NCBI RefSeq assembly: GCF_009914755.1
Contig: NC_060944.1
DNA from: the human T2T-CHM13v2.0 reference genome, Homo sapiens
Direction: 5' to 3' (one strand)
Length of the DNA stretch: 64,000 bases
Shown: positions 1 to 17,865 of the stretch, piece by piece
How positions within the stretch are numbered: the first letter of the stretch is position 1
Layout: each line of letters begins with the position of its first letter
The notes under the pieces: model-generated
Databases searched by the model: none
Seen by the model: only the letters and a program-made list of their open reading frames with translations
Told to the model about the DNA's origin: nothing
Program-made: the position numbers and the translations under genes

Positions 1-1262
1 CAAACTATAAAACCACTAAAAGAAAACACAGAAGAAACAGTCCAGGACATTGGTCTAGGCAAACATTTTATGGCTAAGACCTCAAAAGCACAGATAGCAA
101 CCAAAATAAACAAATGAGACTATATTAAACTACAAAGCTTCTACACAACAAATCAACAGAGTAAAGAGACAACAGGGAATATGAGAAAATATTAATATCT
201 GCAAACTATTCATCCAAAAAGGGACTAATATCCAGAATATACAAGGAACTCAACAGTCAAAAAACAAAACAAATAATCCCATTAGAAAGTAGACAAAAGA
301 CATGAGTAGACATTTCTCAAAAGATGACATACAAATCGCCAACAGGTATATGGAAAAAATGCTCAACATCATTAATCAACAGGGAAATGCAAATCAAAAC
401 CACGATGAGATATCATCTTATTCCAGTTAGAATAGTTATTAAAAAAATAAAAACATGCTGGAAAGGATTAGGAGAAAAGTGAACTTTTATATACTGTTGA
501 TGGGAATGTAAATTAATGCAGCCATTATGGAAAACAGTATGGAGACTCCTCAAAATATTGTTTAAAAACTATATGATCCAGAAATGCCACTTCTAGGTAT
601 ACACGCAAAGGAAATCAAATCAGTACATTGAAGAGATATCTGTACTCCCCTGTTCACTGCAGCATTATTAACAATAGCCAAGATACAAAATCATCCAAGT
701 GTCCATCAATAGATTAATGGATAAAGAAAATGTAGTGCGTGTATATATGTATATGTGAATACAGTGTGTATACACAGCCACACAAAATGGAATATTCCAC
801 CTTAAGAAAATCCAGTCATTTTTGACAACATGTATGGAACTGGATGTTATTATGTTAAATAAGCCAGGCACAGAAAAACAAATATCGCATGTTCTCACTC
901 ATGTGGGATCAAAAAAGTTGATGTCATGGAGGTAGACAGTAGAATGATAGATACCAAAGGCTGGGAAGGGTGGCAGGGTTTGGGGAGAGAAAGAGAGGTT
1001 GGTTAACCAGTAGTAACATACAATTAGAAGGAATAAGTTCTAATGTTCTATAGCAGAGTAGGGTCACTACAGTTAACAACTATGTTGTGTATATTTCAAA
1101 ACAGCTAGAAGAGAGGACTTAAAATGTTCCCAACACATAGAAATGATAAATACTGGAGGTAGACATCCTAAATACTTGATCATCACACAGTCTATGCATA
1201 TAACAAAATATCACATGTACCCTGTATATATGTACAAATATTATGTATCAATAAAATTTTTA
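1..1262 (+). mobile_element. L1 (L1MA/L1PB-type) ORF2 end and 3' UTR, truncated by window edge
   Basis: L1 motifs gaaatgcaaatcaaaacc, atgttctcactc, tcacatgtaccc, ending in aataaaa. Confidence 0.85.
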
Positions 1263-1476
1263 CAAAGACTTCCAGAATATTAGCTACATACTAGCTTGGT
1301 AGGACTATAATAATGAGTATGGCAGTTTTAATGATGAACCAAAAAATTGTTTGTTTTTTTCTGTATATTACATAATAGAGTCAACAAGGATTAGGAATGG
1401 TTAATTTATAAACACGATGCTAATTTCCTGATTTTTTTAATATCCTGTAAAACAATGTCTTGTTTTTAAATTTCAG

Positions 1477-1553
1477 GCAGCAATTCGTAAAGAATTAAAT
1501 GAGTACAAAAGTAATGAAATGGAGGTACATGCATCAAGCAAGCACTTGACAAG
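1477..1553 (+). CDS. PHACTR3: PHACTR3 penultimate coding exon ([25 protein letters not shown][R])
   Basis: tttcag acceptor, aag|gtcaga donor, 77 nt; translation is the conserved PHACTR C-terminal PP1-binding region; phase joins next exon. Confidence 0.95.
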
Positions 1554-2709
1554 GTCAGATTTGTTTCTATGAATTTCATGGTACTTATTTTTGAAACACA
1601 CACCGCCTTCCCCCGTCCCCCGCCACAAACCATGTATCCAGCTATACAAATTCAGCATTTTTCCAGAGAACTCTATTGAACAAATAGAATGTACCTCAAG
1701 TAAGAATGCTGCCTGCTCCCATTATTTCCTTTAGGACTTGGTGAAAGGTGATATGTATGGTAACAATATCGGTTTATTTAAGTAGTTAATGCATATTTAA
1801 CAAAAATAAGCCTCAAGGCAATGAAAGTAATTTTTCTGTGTATTTAATTCCCCTCTAATATTCAGAATTCCTCCAATTTATAGAACTCACCTGTTTATAC
1901 TTACAGATTTTTGTGAAATTAGTCACTCCCCACCTTCACATTTACTTTTTCCTATCGTAAATTATTAGTCACATCTTTAACACAGCCAGCGTTCTCTTAA
2001 AGCTGAGTATTTGTTTCCTCAGTAAATATTTGAGTAAGTGCTGAGAATGCAATAGTGAATATGATAAAGGAGGCTCCCATCTTCATGGAGTTTATGTCCC
2101 ATTGGGAATATATTGGCTGATTCTCCCATAATCAAGACTTTTCCCATTAAGATGAATATATTCTCTGTCTATGCTATGATATGCAAGGGATGACACTGGG
2201 CTTCTTAGTGATGACGAAGTTGGGAAAAGATTTAACTCTCTTTACTTATTGAACTGCATATTTTTTCAGTATTTCCCCCCACTTCTTTTCCATGGCCATG
2301 ACCGGTAGTAATTATGTGAAGTTCTCAAACATCTCTGATTCTAAAGCAGATGACTGTGATGCAACAAGCCTTCAACTGTATCAGTTGCTTTGTCTTCTCC
2401 TTTATCTGAAGATGCTCAAGGCCCACATACAAAGAGAAAGGAAATCCTGCATATAGATACTGCCTTAAACTAAAATAATAGCTTTAGTTTTCTGTTTGTT
2501 CCAAAGTGGCCACTGCAGTTGTTATCTGAAAGATTTACTCTGTAAGATTAATGTGGCTATAGAACAGAAACTAAGTACAATGGAATTCCACCTTAACCAA
2601 TGGTTTTAGGGTGAATATATCAAGGGGAAGGGAAAGTTGGATGAATAGGAAAAAATTATGCAAAGAGTTTGTTTTTTAAGGTTCCCTCCCATGACTAACA
2701 TACTTTTGG

Positions 2710-2743
2710 GGAGGAATAGGTCATATGGAGGAATAGGTCATAT
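2710..2743. repeat. Perfect 17-bp tandem duplication (ggaggaataggtcatat x2)
   Basis: Read directly. Confidence 0.95.
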
Positions 2744-3402
2744 GAATGTTTAGGAAAAACAGTTTCAGTAAATCATGCACAATTACATTTAATGTTCATT
2801 CTGTCTTAAATAGAATGAATACATATTCTATATATTGCAATCTCAATTTTGTACATTTTCCGATTATACATTATTAAATGTTTAGTAAAGATGTTTATTG
2901 TCCTAAGTTGATAGCTTTCTAAAATAATGACTCTAATACTTAAAATGTGGTATAAAGACCCTAAAATTATTTCAACAATTCAAGAGTCAGAACGGTATTT
3001 TTGGTTATGAGATTTTAAGAGTTTTAAAATTACTATGAACATATTACTCTACAAAAAGTCATAACTCTACTATAATTTTCAATAATTTATTAACAAATTC
3101 ATCATTTCTACTGATTTAGCAAAGCCCTGGCCTTTCTGTGTACTTCAAGGGCTTTTAACTCACAGGTTTAAAACTAAGTTCTAGATAGTCCTAAGAATTC
3201 AGCATATAACAGGGGCCTGAGAGTGGGGAGCCCTCTGAGACTCTACCCTATTTTAACCAGAGTAGCTCCATCCTCATGTTTTACATATGGGACTTCTGAG
3301 AATCTTTTTAATAGCAGCAAATTTATTTGTATAAGGTTTTTGGCTATTTTAACTGCTAGAAATGAATAACCTTAAATTCTTTGTCTTTTTTATAATCTCT
3401 AG

Positions 3403-3418
3403 ATTCCACAGGCCATAG
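3403..3418 (+). CDS. PHACTR3: PHACTR3 last coding segment ([R]FHRP*)
   Basis: Polypyrimidine tract + ctctag acceptor; A TTC CAC AGG CCA TAG completes the family-typical RFHRP end. Confidence 0.95.
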
Positions 3419-3995
3419 AGATTTTCTTCTGAGAAGAATTTGTGTTTAATTTTTTGATACCAACACTGAACATTCATCAGGGAACTTTCCTGAAGTTCAG
3501 CTCAAGACTACCCTACCTGCTGTGTTTGTGAGAAGAGTAGGATCACACACACAGGTGCAATCTTGACCACACTTACCTGCAAGAGGAGTAACCAGAGGAC
3601 ACACTTCCTTCCTTCTTTGGTGTCTGAGGAGTGTGAACTGTTGGGGTCAGTTAAGACCCAACATAACTCTATCAGAAGAAAACTGTTGTTTGCCTTTCAA
3701 CCTTGTTTTACAGTTCTGCAGTGTAATGGAGGACGGGCAACGTGCATGTGCAGGCTCACCACTCCCAGGCCTCTGACATGAGGGACATGTGACAGTGTCA
3801 TTCAGTATTATGTTCAAAAGACATTTTTATCCTGATCATAATTAATTTGAAAACTCTTTAAGTTCATGTTATACAAGATGATTTACTGTATTATACTTTT
3901 CCTTTTTTATATAATGTCTAACAAAAAATACAGCTGCAACATTTTGATTCCTGTTAATTTTGTTCTTTAATTAAATGACTACTTATTGCAGGAAA
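3419..3995 (+). other. PHACTR3: PHACTR3 3' UTR (end approximate)
   Basis: Unique sequence after the stop; ATTAAA at 3970-3975 followed by a GT/T-rich element near 4012-4030. Confidence 0.7.
3970..3975 (+). terminator. Probable PHACTR3 polyadenylation signal (ATTAAA)
   Basis: Variant hexamer with T-rich upstream and ttttcttgtggttggg downstream. Confidence 0.6.
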
Positions 3996-4420
3996 TTAAC
4001 CCAGGCTTTACATTTTCTTGTGGTTGGGATGAGTGGTACTTTAGAACAGGGATCTGTGAAACAAGTCAATTTTTACTTGTGAACGATCAGAATCCAAACA
4101 CATGAATGAGAATTCCAACTTTTTATGTGTTTGGTTTGTGCCTTAGAAAATCAAATTGAGTGCCTTTAACCAAGAAATAAGCAATAATTTGTTGAAAAAT
4201 TCTATCAAAATGAAAAGTATGCCTCTTTAGAGTATTTTTAAGCTCACCTCTGCAAACACTGTTAAAGAAAGGAAATTTACCCCAGCACAAAGGTGAAAAT
4301 CTTGGCACAAAGGGGGAAACTAACAATACATGTTCCCTGAAAAATATTTTTAATTGGCTTTCAAATAAGTGTCCTTACAGAGATGAGCCTTCCCTCCTCC
4401 TTCCCTCCTGGTATACTGGT

Positions 4421-4637
4421 GAGGCAGGAAGCACAGTAACTTGGAGCATGACTTTCAGAGCTTGCAGAACTTGTGCACAAATCCAAGCTCTGTGCTATTC
4501 AACAAGTTACTTGTTTTTTCTATAGTATGGTCATATCTCTCTCACACAACATTGCTGTAGTATCTAAATAAGACAAAGTAGCTAAAGTGCTGGCACATTG
4601 CTGAGGACGTTCTGGGAATCCAATAAATGTTAGCTAC
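4421..4637 (+). mobile_element. MIR SINE, degenerate
   Basis: aaatccaagctctg ... taaagtgctggcaca ... caataaatgttagcta. Confidence 0.6.
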
Positions 4638-6124
4638 TGATATGGTTGCCAGGTAGCACCTGGAGCAACTGAGTGTCCTCTATGACTTCTTGCCACATAT
4701 GCTACCTCATTGCTTTCCACTATTTTTCCTTTTCTACTTAAGACTGCTACTGGGTCAGACGCCCACAGAAACTGCCAAGTCTTTATGTTAGCACTTTGTC
4801 CAAAGTGACTTATGATCAGTCCTAGAGACTAGCAAAACACACTATTCATTGAATTATAGTTTTTTTTAATAAGAAATTGTTATGGTAGAAAAATTCCAGC
4901 TCTACCTCTTAGCTGCTCTGTAACCTTCTGTGAATCAGTTGACTTCTCTGAGCCTCAATTTGTTTGTGAAATGTATCTAAATCCTTTCTAATTAGAAGTC
5001 AGTTAAATTTAAAGGATTTGATATATATATATATATACATTATATATTTTCTGTTATTCATAACCCATTATTTGTAGCCAAAACTTTACCTCTTTTCTAT
5101 CTTAAGCAACATATTAGAAGCTCTCTGTATTTAATATTCAATTTAAAATATTAATGGGAGCCCAAATTATGTAAAACTAAGATTTCAATTTCCCTCACAT
5201 AGAAATATTAATATATTTACTATGAAACAGAAAAGGAAAAGGTGCTACTGTTTAGAAACCACCTTGGCCCCCAAAGTACAAAAGATCAGTACTGCTTAAC
5301 AAAAGAACCAGGCAGATCCTATAGTTAGAAATGACCTGGTTAGATGGGACATATATTTAGTTTTTTCCCCAAGTCCCATAACTAGTGGATAATAAAACTA
5401 AAAAGGTAAAGTGCAGGATAACCAAAGGAGGGTTTGGACTGGTTCAGACTCAAAGGTTCTAAGATATCCTAAAACCAGCAGACATATTCACTTAAATCAA
5501 AATTTGTGGCAATAGCATCTAACTTCTACCATTGTGTTTTTATTATGCACAAACTATTACTCTATACTTACATATTTCATGTTCTTATCAGGTATTATAA
5601 GGGTTAAGAGATAAACTAAAATTGAATCAAGTATATTTACTCTCCACCTGCACATCACAACTATCAAGTTAGAGGAATAAAATTAAAAAGCAATTCACAA
5701 GTCATATTACACTGATGACATACATGTATATGTACACGCATTTGCATATATTTATAATTTGAAGAGAAAGTTTATATACTTAACAGCCAACAGATTTAGA
5801 AAAAACTATTTGTCCTACTGAATAACAGTATATATGAATTATCAGAATTCTTCATTACTAGTATTCAATAATGAGCTTTTTATGCAATAAATTTACAAAT
5901 CATTTGCCCCTATTTTCAGAAAAAATTATTAAAGCAACCATGAATATTTAAATCATAAGTTCTGTTTTTAAGGAGTTCAAAACATTTTTACAAGCATGTT
6001 AGTAATTTAGTGAGAGGAAATTAAATATCTTCTAGAAACATCTAGTAACTTTTAAGCTAATGTAATAGAGGAAATACTACATTATATGACTTTGTAAAAA
6101 GTATTTCTAAAAAAATTTAAAGGG

Positions 6125-6438
<314 letters not shown>

Positions 6439-8145
6439 TCATATCACCTAAGTAATTTTTTGACAATTGAAATGGTGGTGGGAGCGGGGAGGAAGAACCT
6501 AACATCAAGACATCCACCTTGTGGAAAGATATGGTAATTACAGGCCTACATTTATTATACATTGGAAGTAAAGTCAAAGTTTTTAGCTATGTACCTACAG
6601 TCCTTCAACAACAAATTCAAGCTCAGAAATGCAAAATCCTAATTGTACTATTAAAACTGCTATTACTATATGCTTCCGATACCCATTTGTCTAGTTTTTT
6701 TCCAGAGACCTTTTTCTCCATTTTTCATATGAAAACATCTCAGAAGATATTCGTAAGCAAGTGAACATATGAAACTGAATATATGAAAAATATTTTCAAA
6801 AAGTAGATTTCTATAAATCCCATTTGCTTATTTAGCTGCAAATTTATTTACAGTGATGATACTAGGAACATACTACTAGTTCAAACAAAAAATGTTTGTT
6901 CGAATGAACAACAGAAAGTACTGGTTAGCAGTTCCATAGTTCTATGAAAATAGAGCAGTATTTTTAAAGTAATAAAAATTTTCTTAAAAAACCTTTTCAA
7001 AGTTTTTAATCTCAACTGTAAATCTTAAAGATATAAATGGGGAAATTCTAAAAATTCAGTTTTCTTACTAAGCAATGGGAGGAAAGAAATCTGGATATAT
7101 GGTACATATGACAATAATTTAATGTTTCAAGTTGCAGACATGTTACATATGTGTATTATTCCTTTCTAAATGCAGTTTATTATCCCTTCTCAAAAATACA
7201 TACACTGAATGTATTACTACAATTCAGGTGTGTTCCCTAAAAGACTGGTCTATACCACCAGTCCATTCTCTGCTTTCCAGATAGCCTACTTCTTAATTAT
7301 AATGGTGACACCTGATGTGGCAGAAAGCACAATCTCCAGAACCACCTATCATCTTGCTTCAATTTTTACATTCCAAGTTAGATTTGTTTGTTGATATTAT
7401 TTGCTGGTATTTTATTTTGCTCAAAATTCTACTTGTTTATTCATAGCATATATGATTCTTCCATACTTTAAGTTTTAATTAGATAAGAAACTTATACACT
7501 AACTGTATGTGGTTTAACTGTTAATAGGTGGTAACAGAATGGTTAAAGAACTAACTCCAGCAACTGTGAAGCTCAACACTAGGCACTGAACTCAGAGTTG
7601 GCAGAATTTGTCACTGTAGACTACAAATTTCATGTTGAATTAAATGCTGTATGAAAACCACTCCATCTATTATTCATTTAAAGGATCTGCTGGCCTTTTA
7701 AGTTGGTGTTGGCCATCCATAATACTACGATTTGGTGGCAATGAGATCACTACAGTAATGGCTGTAGAATTTAGTATTTAGGTTTCTGCCTAGCTATACT
7801 AACGTAAAATTTCTTCTCTTCCATGTCCTTTTCCATGTGTACTTCTGGGACAGTTACCACCTTACAGCTCTATTTGGTTGAGGACATGCGGTAAACCTAC
7901 ACCAGGGTGTTAGATTACAATCCAGGTAAGAAATTTAAGTCATTAGCTACAATGATCATTTATTTTTAATATGTTTAAAATAGAACAATCAAGAATTTTA
8001 GCTATATTAATTAATATACTCATTAGCCTCTGCTATGCAAAATTGATTTAAATCACTATTTCTGTGAAACAGTAAGATAAACTAAGGAAAAATTTTATAA
8101 TAAAGAACAGAGAGTTCTGATCTATAAGATTTCCCTTCCGAACTT

Positions 8146-8358
8146 GAAGTCTGCAAACTACAGCCCACAGACCAAATCTGGCCAGCCCCTGCCCTTTTAG
8201 TGGCCAGTAAGCTAAGAATGGTTTTTATATATTTAAATGGTTACAATTGAAATGATTATAATAAGCACCGACGTGATACTCTGAAATTTGCCTTCTGGGC
8301 CACAAAGCCTACGACATTTTCTGTATAGCCCCTCAGGACAAACTTTGCTAGATCTTGC
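8146..8358 (+). mobile_element. MER58-family hAT-Charlie DNA transposon relic
   Basis: gcaaactacagccc...ccaaatctggcc; gctaagaatggtttt; ggccacaaagcct...aactttgct. Confidence 0.7.
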
Positions 8359-8950
8359 TCTGAACTTAAAAAATTTAAATAAACATATAATAGAACATTT
8401 TAGAAATGAATTACACAGAAGTCAAATAGCTAAATTGTTTTTAAATAAGCTTAAAACCTTTTAACTTCAAATCTATTCCAAATTTCAATACTCATTTATA
8501 AACCCAATTGTCTTTGTATTTGACTTGTACAAAATGTACATCAAATTAGGTAAATAAAGCCTCATCATTATTAAAGGCAAGTGTTTCATTAGTGTGACTT
8601 CCACTCCTCCAAGTTCCTTTTATTTAAAATTGTTGCTATCACAGCATAAGCTAAAAGTATATTATCTAAAGCTCAAGATGGTACAACATATTGATGTCAC
8701 TCAACACACCTGTATTCCTAAAATGTTGTTCTCCTGTAGACGTCAATTCAGAATATTTTCATGCGCCTTTAAATAGAAAAACTAAAGCTAACCATTACAA
8801 ATACATTGTCTTAACAATGAAGTCTATGTACATTTGATTTGCCTATATGATTCCTCTAAGGGTCCAATGAAATGGAAATCTGTATGATTCTGCATGACAT
8901 TAAAAGCACACATATCCTCATTTTTAAGTAGGGAGTTCATCTCTGTTTTG

Positions 8951-9014
8951 AGGTGGGCATTCTGGTGAAAACTGAAAAACCTGCTAGACATATTCTAAAA
9001 GAGCTGTAACACCA
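8951..9014 (-). pseudogene. U7 snRNA pseudogene (RNU7 family)
   Basis: Minus strand GTGTTACAGCTCTTTTAGAATATGTCTAGCAGGTTTTTCAGTTTTCACCAGAATGCCC matches U7; Sm site AATTTGTCTAG is mutated to AATATGTCTAG. Confidence 0.9.
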
Positions 9015-9207
9015 TGGAAGGGTTCATTTATTACTCATTTGTGTATCTAGACTTGAGCTCAGTGCATATCATATAATAGATGTTCAAATGGCTGGTTAAT
9101 ACTTTATCAATTACAATGAAAATGCTGACACCATATAGGACTTGAATTTTAGGAGACACATTAGTTCGCTTTGAACTTAGTAAATTCCTACTTAAAACTG
9201 CCGTATT

Positions 9208-9525
<318 letters not shown>

Positions 9526-9547
9526 AAAACTGCCGTATTCATTACTT

Positions 9548-9960
9548 TGTTCATTCACATTGTTGTAAGCCTACTTTTCCAGACACTCTTTTAGCTTCTG
9601 AAAATTGTGATGAATAAGACATACAAGTTTCCTACCACACAGAATTTACAGAAGTGGAGTTTGTGGAGGCAAGGCAGAAATAAAGAAATTTCAGATACCA
9701 AAAACTGCTATATGATAGACAGAAATAGTAACATTAATTGGATGGTGAGGGAAGTGCTCTCTAAAGAATTACCACTTAAATGGACACGTGAAAAACAGCA
9801 AGAGTTTCCAGGAAAATGGAATCTCAAAACCAAAGAGTTAGAAAAAAGTGAGATTGTTCAAGTAATGCTTGAGGCATACTCAACAAGGCGGAAAGGAGTA
9901 CAAAATAAGGGTAAAGGGAGGCAGAGGTCAGCTCATGTGGGGCCTTCTAGCCCGTGATAT
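9548..9960 (-). mobile_element. L2 3' fragment (resumes near 17865)
   Basis: ttcattcac...ccagacact...tgaataagaca, typical antisense L2 end. Confidence 0.6.
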
Positions 9961-10009
9961 AAAGGCTTGGTTTTAATAAGTTTTAATAATTCAGATGAAA
10001 GGCAGATTA

Positions 10010-10481
10010 ATAAAATAAGGCATTTAAAGTAGTATAATTCTGTGGCATTTAGTACATTCACAATGTTATGTAACTACCACCTCACCTCTATCTAGCTCCA
10101 AAACATTTCATCACAACATAACTTTTAAGCAGTCACTCCCCATTCTTCCTTTCCCTCATCCCCTGGCAACCACTAATCTGCTTTCTGTCCCTGTGGATTT
10201 ACCTATTCTGGGCATTTCATATAAATGAAATCCTAAAATATATGACCTGTGTGTCTCATTCTTTCACTTAGAATGTTTTTGAGGTTCATCCACATTGTAG
10301 CATGACTATATACTCCTTTCCTTTTATAGCTGAATAATATTACACTGTATGGATATATACCACATTATGTTTATTTATCATCAGTTGACAGCTATTTGGG
10401 TTGTTTCCACCTTTTGACTATTGTGAATAGTATTGCTGTGAACATTCTCATCCAAGTGTTTGTTCAATCTGTTTTCAATTC
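10010..10481 (-). mobile_element. L1MB-type 3' end, antisense; interrupted by the MST element
   Basis: ggcatttagtacattcacaatg, ccctggcaaccactaatctgctttctgtc; continues at 14963. Confidence 0.8.
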
Positions 10482-10894
10482 TGCTATATTTTAGATATCT
10501 GTCCCTACCCCAATCTCATGTTGAATTGTAATACCCAGTGCTGGAGGTGGAGCCTGGTGGGATTTGTCTGGGTCACGGGAGTGGATCCCTCATGGCTTGG
10601 TGCTGTCTTCACAATAGTGAGTTCTCACAAGATCTGGTCATTTAAAAATCAGTGGCATCTGCCCCTGCAACTCACTCTCTTGCTTGCTCCTGCTTTTGCC
10701 ATGTGACTTGCCTGCTTTCTCTTTACCTTCCACCATGATTGTAAGCTTCCTGAGGCCTCCCTAGAAGCCAAACAAGTGCCAGCACCATGCTTCCTGTAAA
10801 GCCTGCAGAACTGTGAGCCAATTAAATCTCTTTTATTTGTAAATTACCCAGTCTCAGATATTTCTTTGTATCAATGTAAGAATGGACTAATACA
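10482..10894 (+). mobile_element. MST (ERVL-MaLR) 5' LTR
   Basis: TG...CA ends, aatctcatgttgaattgtaat, ccaattaaatctctttt, ggactaataca; TSD aattc at 10477-10481. Confidence 0.9.
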
Positions 10895-11018
10895 GAAAGT
10901 TGGTACTGAGGAGTGGGACATTGCTATAAAGGTACCTGAAAATGTGGAAGCAGGTTTGGAACTGGTTAAGAGATTAGAAGAGTGAGGAGGGCTCAGAAGA
11001 AGAAAGAAAGATAAGGGA

Positions 11019-13358
<2,340 letters not shown>

Positions 13359-14543
13359 AAAGATAAGGGAAAGCTTGCAGCTTCTTAGAGATTGGTTAAG
13401 CGGTTGTGACCACAATGCTGATAGTGATATGGACAGTGAAGTCTCGGTTGAAGAGGTCTCAGATGGAAATGAGGAACTTACAAGGAGCTGGAGCAAAGGT
13501 CACACATTTTACGCTGGATGCATTCTGTTCATGCCTTAGGGATCTGTGGAAGTTTGGGCTTGAGAATGATGACCTAAGGTACCTGGTCGAAGAAATTTCT
13601 AAGCAGCAAAGTGTTCAAGAAGTGACGTGGCTGCTTCTAACAGCCTATGCTCCCACGTGGGAACAAAGAAATGACTCAACATTGGAAATTATATTTAAAC
13701 AGAAAATGGAGAGTAAAAGTTTTGAAAATTCACAGCCTGGCTGTGTGGCAGAGAAAGAAAAAGCTATTTTGGGAGAGGAATTCAAGCAGGCTGTGGAGCA
13801 ACCACTTACTAGAGATAGTGGCATAACTAAAAGGGAACCAAGTGCTACCATCAAGACAATGGGGAAAAGGCCTTGAAGGCATTTCAGAGAACTTTCATTG
13901 CAGCCCCTACCACAAGGGGCCCAGAGGCCTAGGGTGGAAGAATGGTTTGTAGGCCAGGCCCAGGGCCCATATCCTGTGCAGCCTCAGGACACTGCTCCTT
14001 ACATCCCTGACTCCAGCTCCAGCCTCAGCTCAAAGGGCCCCAGATACTGCTTATGCCACCACTCTGGAGAGCACAAGTCACCGTAAGCCTTGGTGGTTTC
14101 CACGTGGTGTTAAGCCTACAGGTGCATAGAGTGCAAGAGTGAATGAGGCTTGGCACCCTCTACCTAGATTTCAGATGTATGAGAAGTGGGACATGGAGTT
14201 AAGGATTATTTTAGAGCTTTAAGATTTAATGACTACCCTCCTGGGTTTGGGACTTGCATGGTGCCTGTTGCCCCTTTCTTTTGGCTGATTTCTCCCTTTT
14301 GGAATGGGAATATTTACCCAATGCCTATACCCTCATTGTATCTTGGAAGTAAGTAACCTGCCTTTGATGTTACAGGCTCATGGGTGGAAGGGATTTATTT
14401 GCCTTATCTCAGATGAGACTTTAGACTTGGGACTTTTGAGTTAACGCTGGAATGAGTTAAGACTTTGGGCAACTCTTGGGAAGGCATGGTTGTATACTGC
14501 AATGTGAGACGCATATAAGATTTGGGAGGGGCCAGGGGTAGAA

Positions 14544-14957
14544 TGATGTAGTTTGAATATTTGTCCCCACCAAATCTCATGCTGAATTATCATCCCCAAT
14601 GTGGGAGGTAGGGCCTGGTGGGAGGTGTTTGGGTCCTAGGGGCTGATCCCTCATGACTTGATGCTGTCTTCACAATAGTGAGTGAGCTCTCATGAGATCT
14701 GGTCATTTAAAAGCGTGTGGCACCTCCTCCTCTCTCTCTCCCTCCCTCTCTTCTCTTGCTTTCACCATATAACATGCCTGCTTCCTCTTCACCTTCCCTC
14801 ATGATAAGCTTTGTGAGGCCTCCCTTGAAGGTAAACAGATGTCAGCACCATGCTTCCCATAAAGCCTGTAGAACCACAAGCCAATTAAGCGTCTATTATG
14901 TATAAATTATGCTGTATCAGGTATTTCTTTACAGCAATGCCAAAGCAGACTAATAGA
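14544..14957 (+). mobile_element. MST 3' LTR
   Basis: Homologous to 10482-10894; followed by TSD aattc at 14958-14962. Confidence 0.9.
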
Positions 14958-14962
14958 AATTC

Positions 14963-17865
<2,903 letters not shown>

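Noticed and set aside
3536-3550. Near match gagtaggatcacaca vs gagcaggatcacaca near 58829
   Set aside because: 14/15 identity with no extension; plausible by chance in 64 kb.
3555-3748. miR-25/92 seed match GTGCAAT and RBFOX TGCATG in the PHACTR3 3' UTR
   Set aside because: Single short motifs cannot be distinguished from chance without conservation data.
13406-13876. 156-aa ORF
   Set aside because: Lies in the decayed MaLR internal region; non-ATG start and no splice context.
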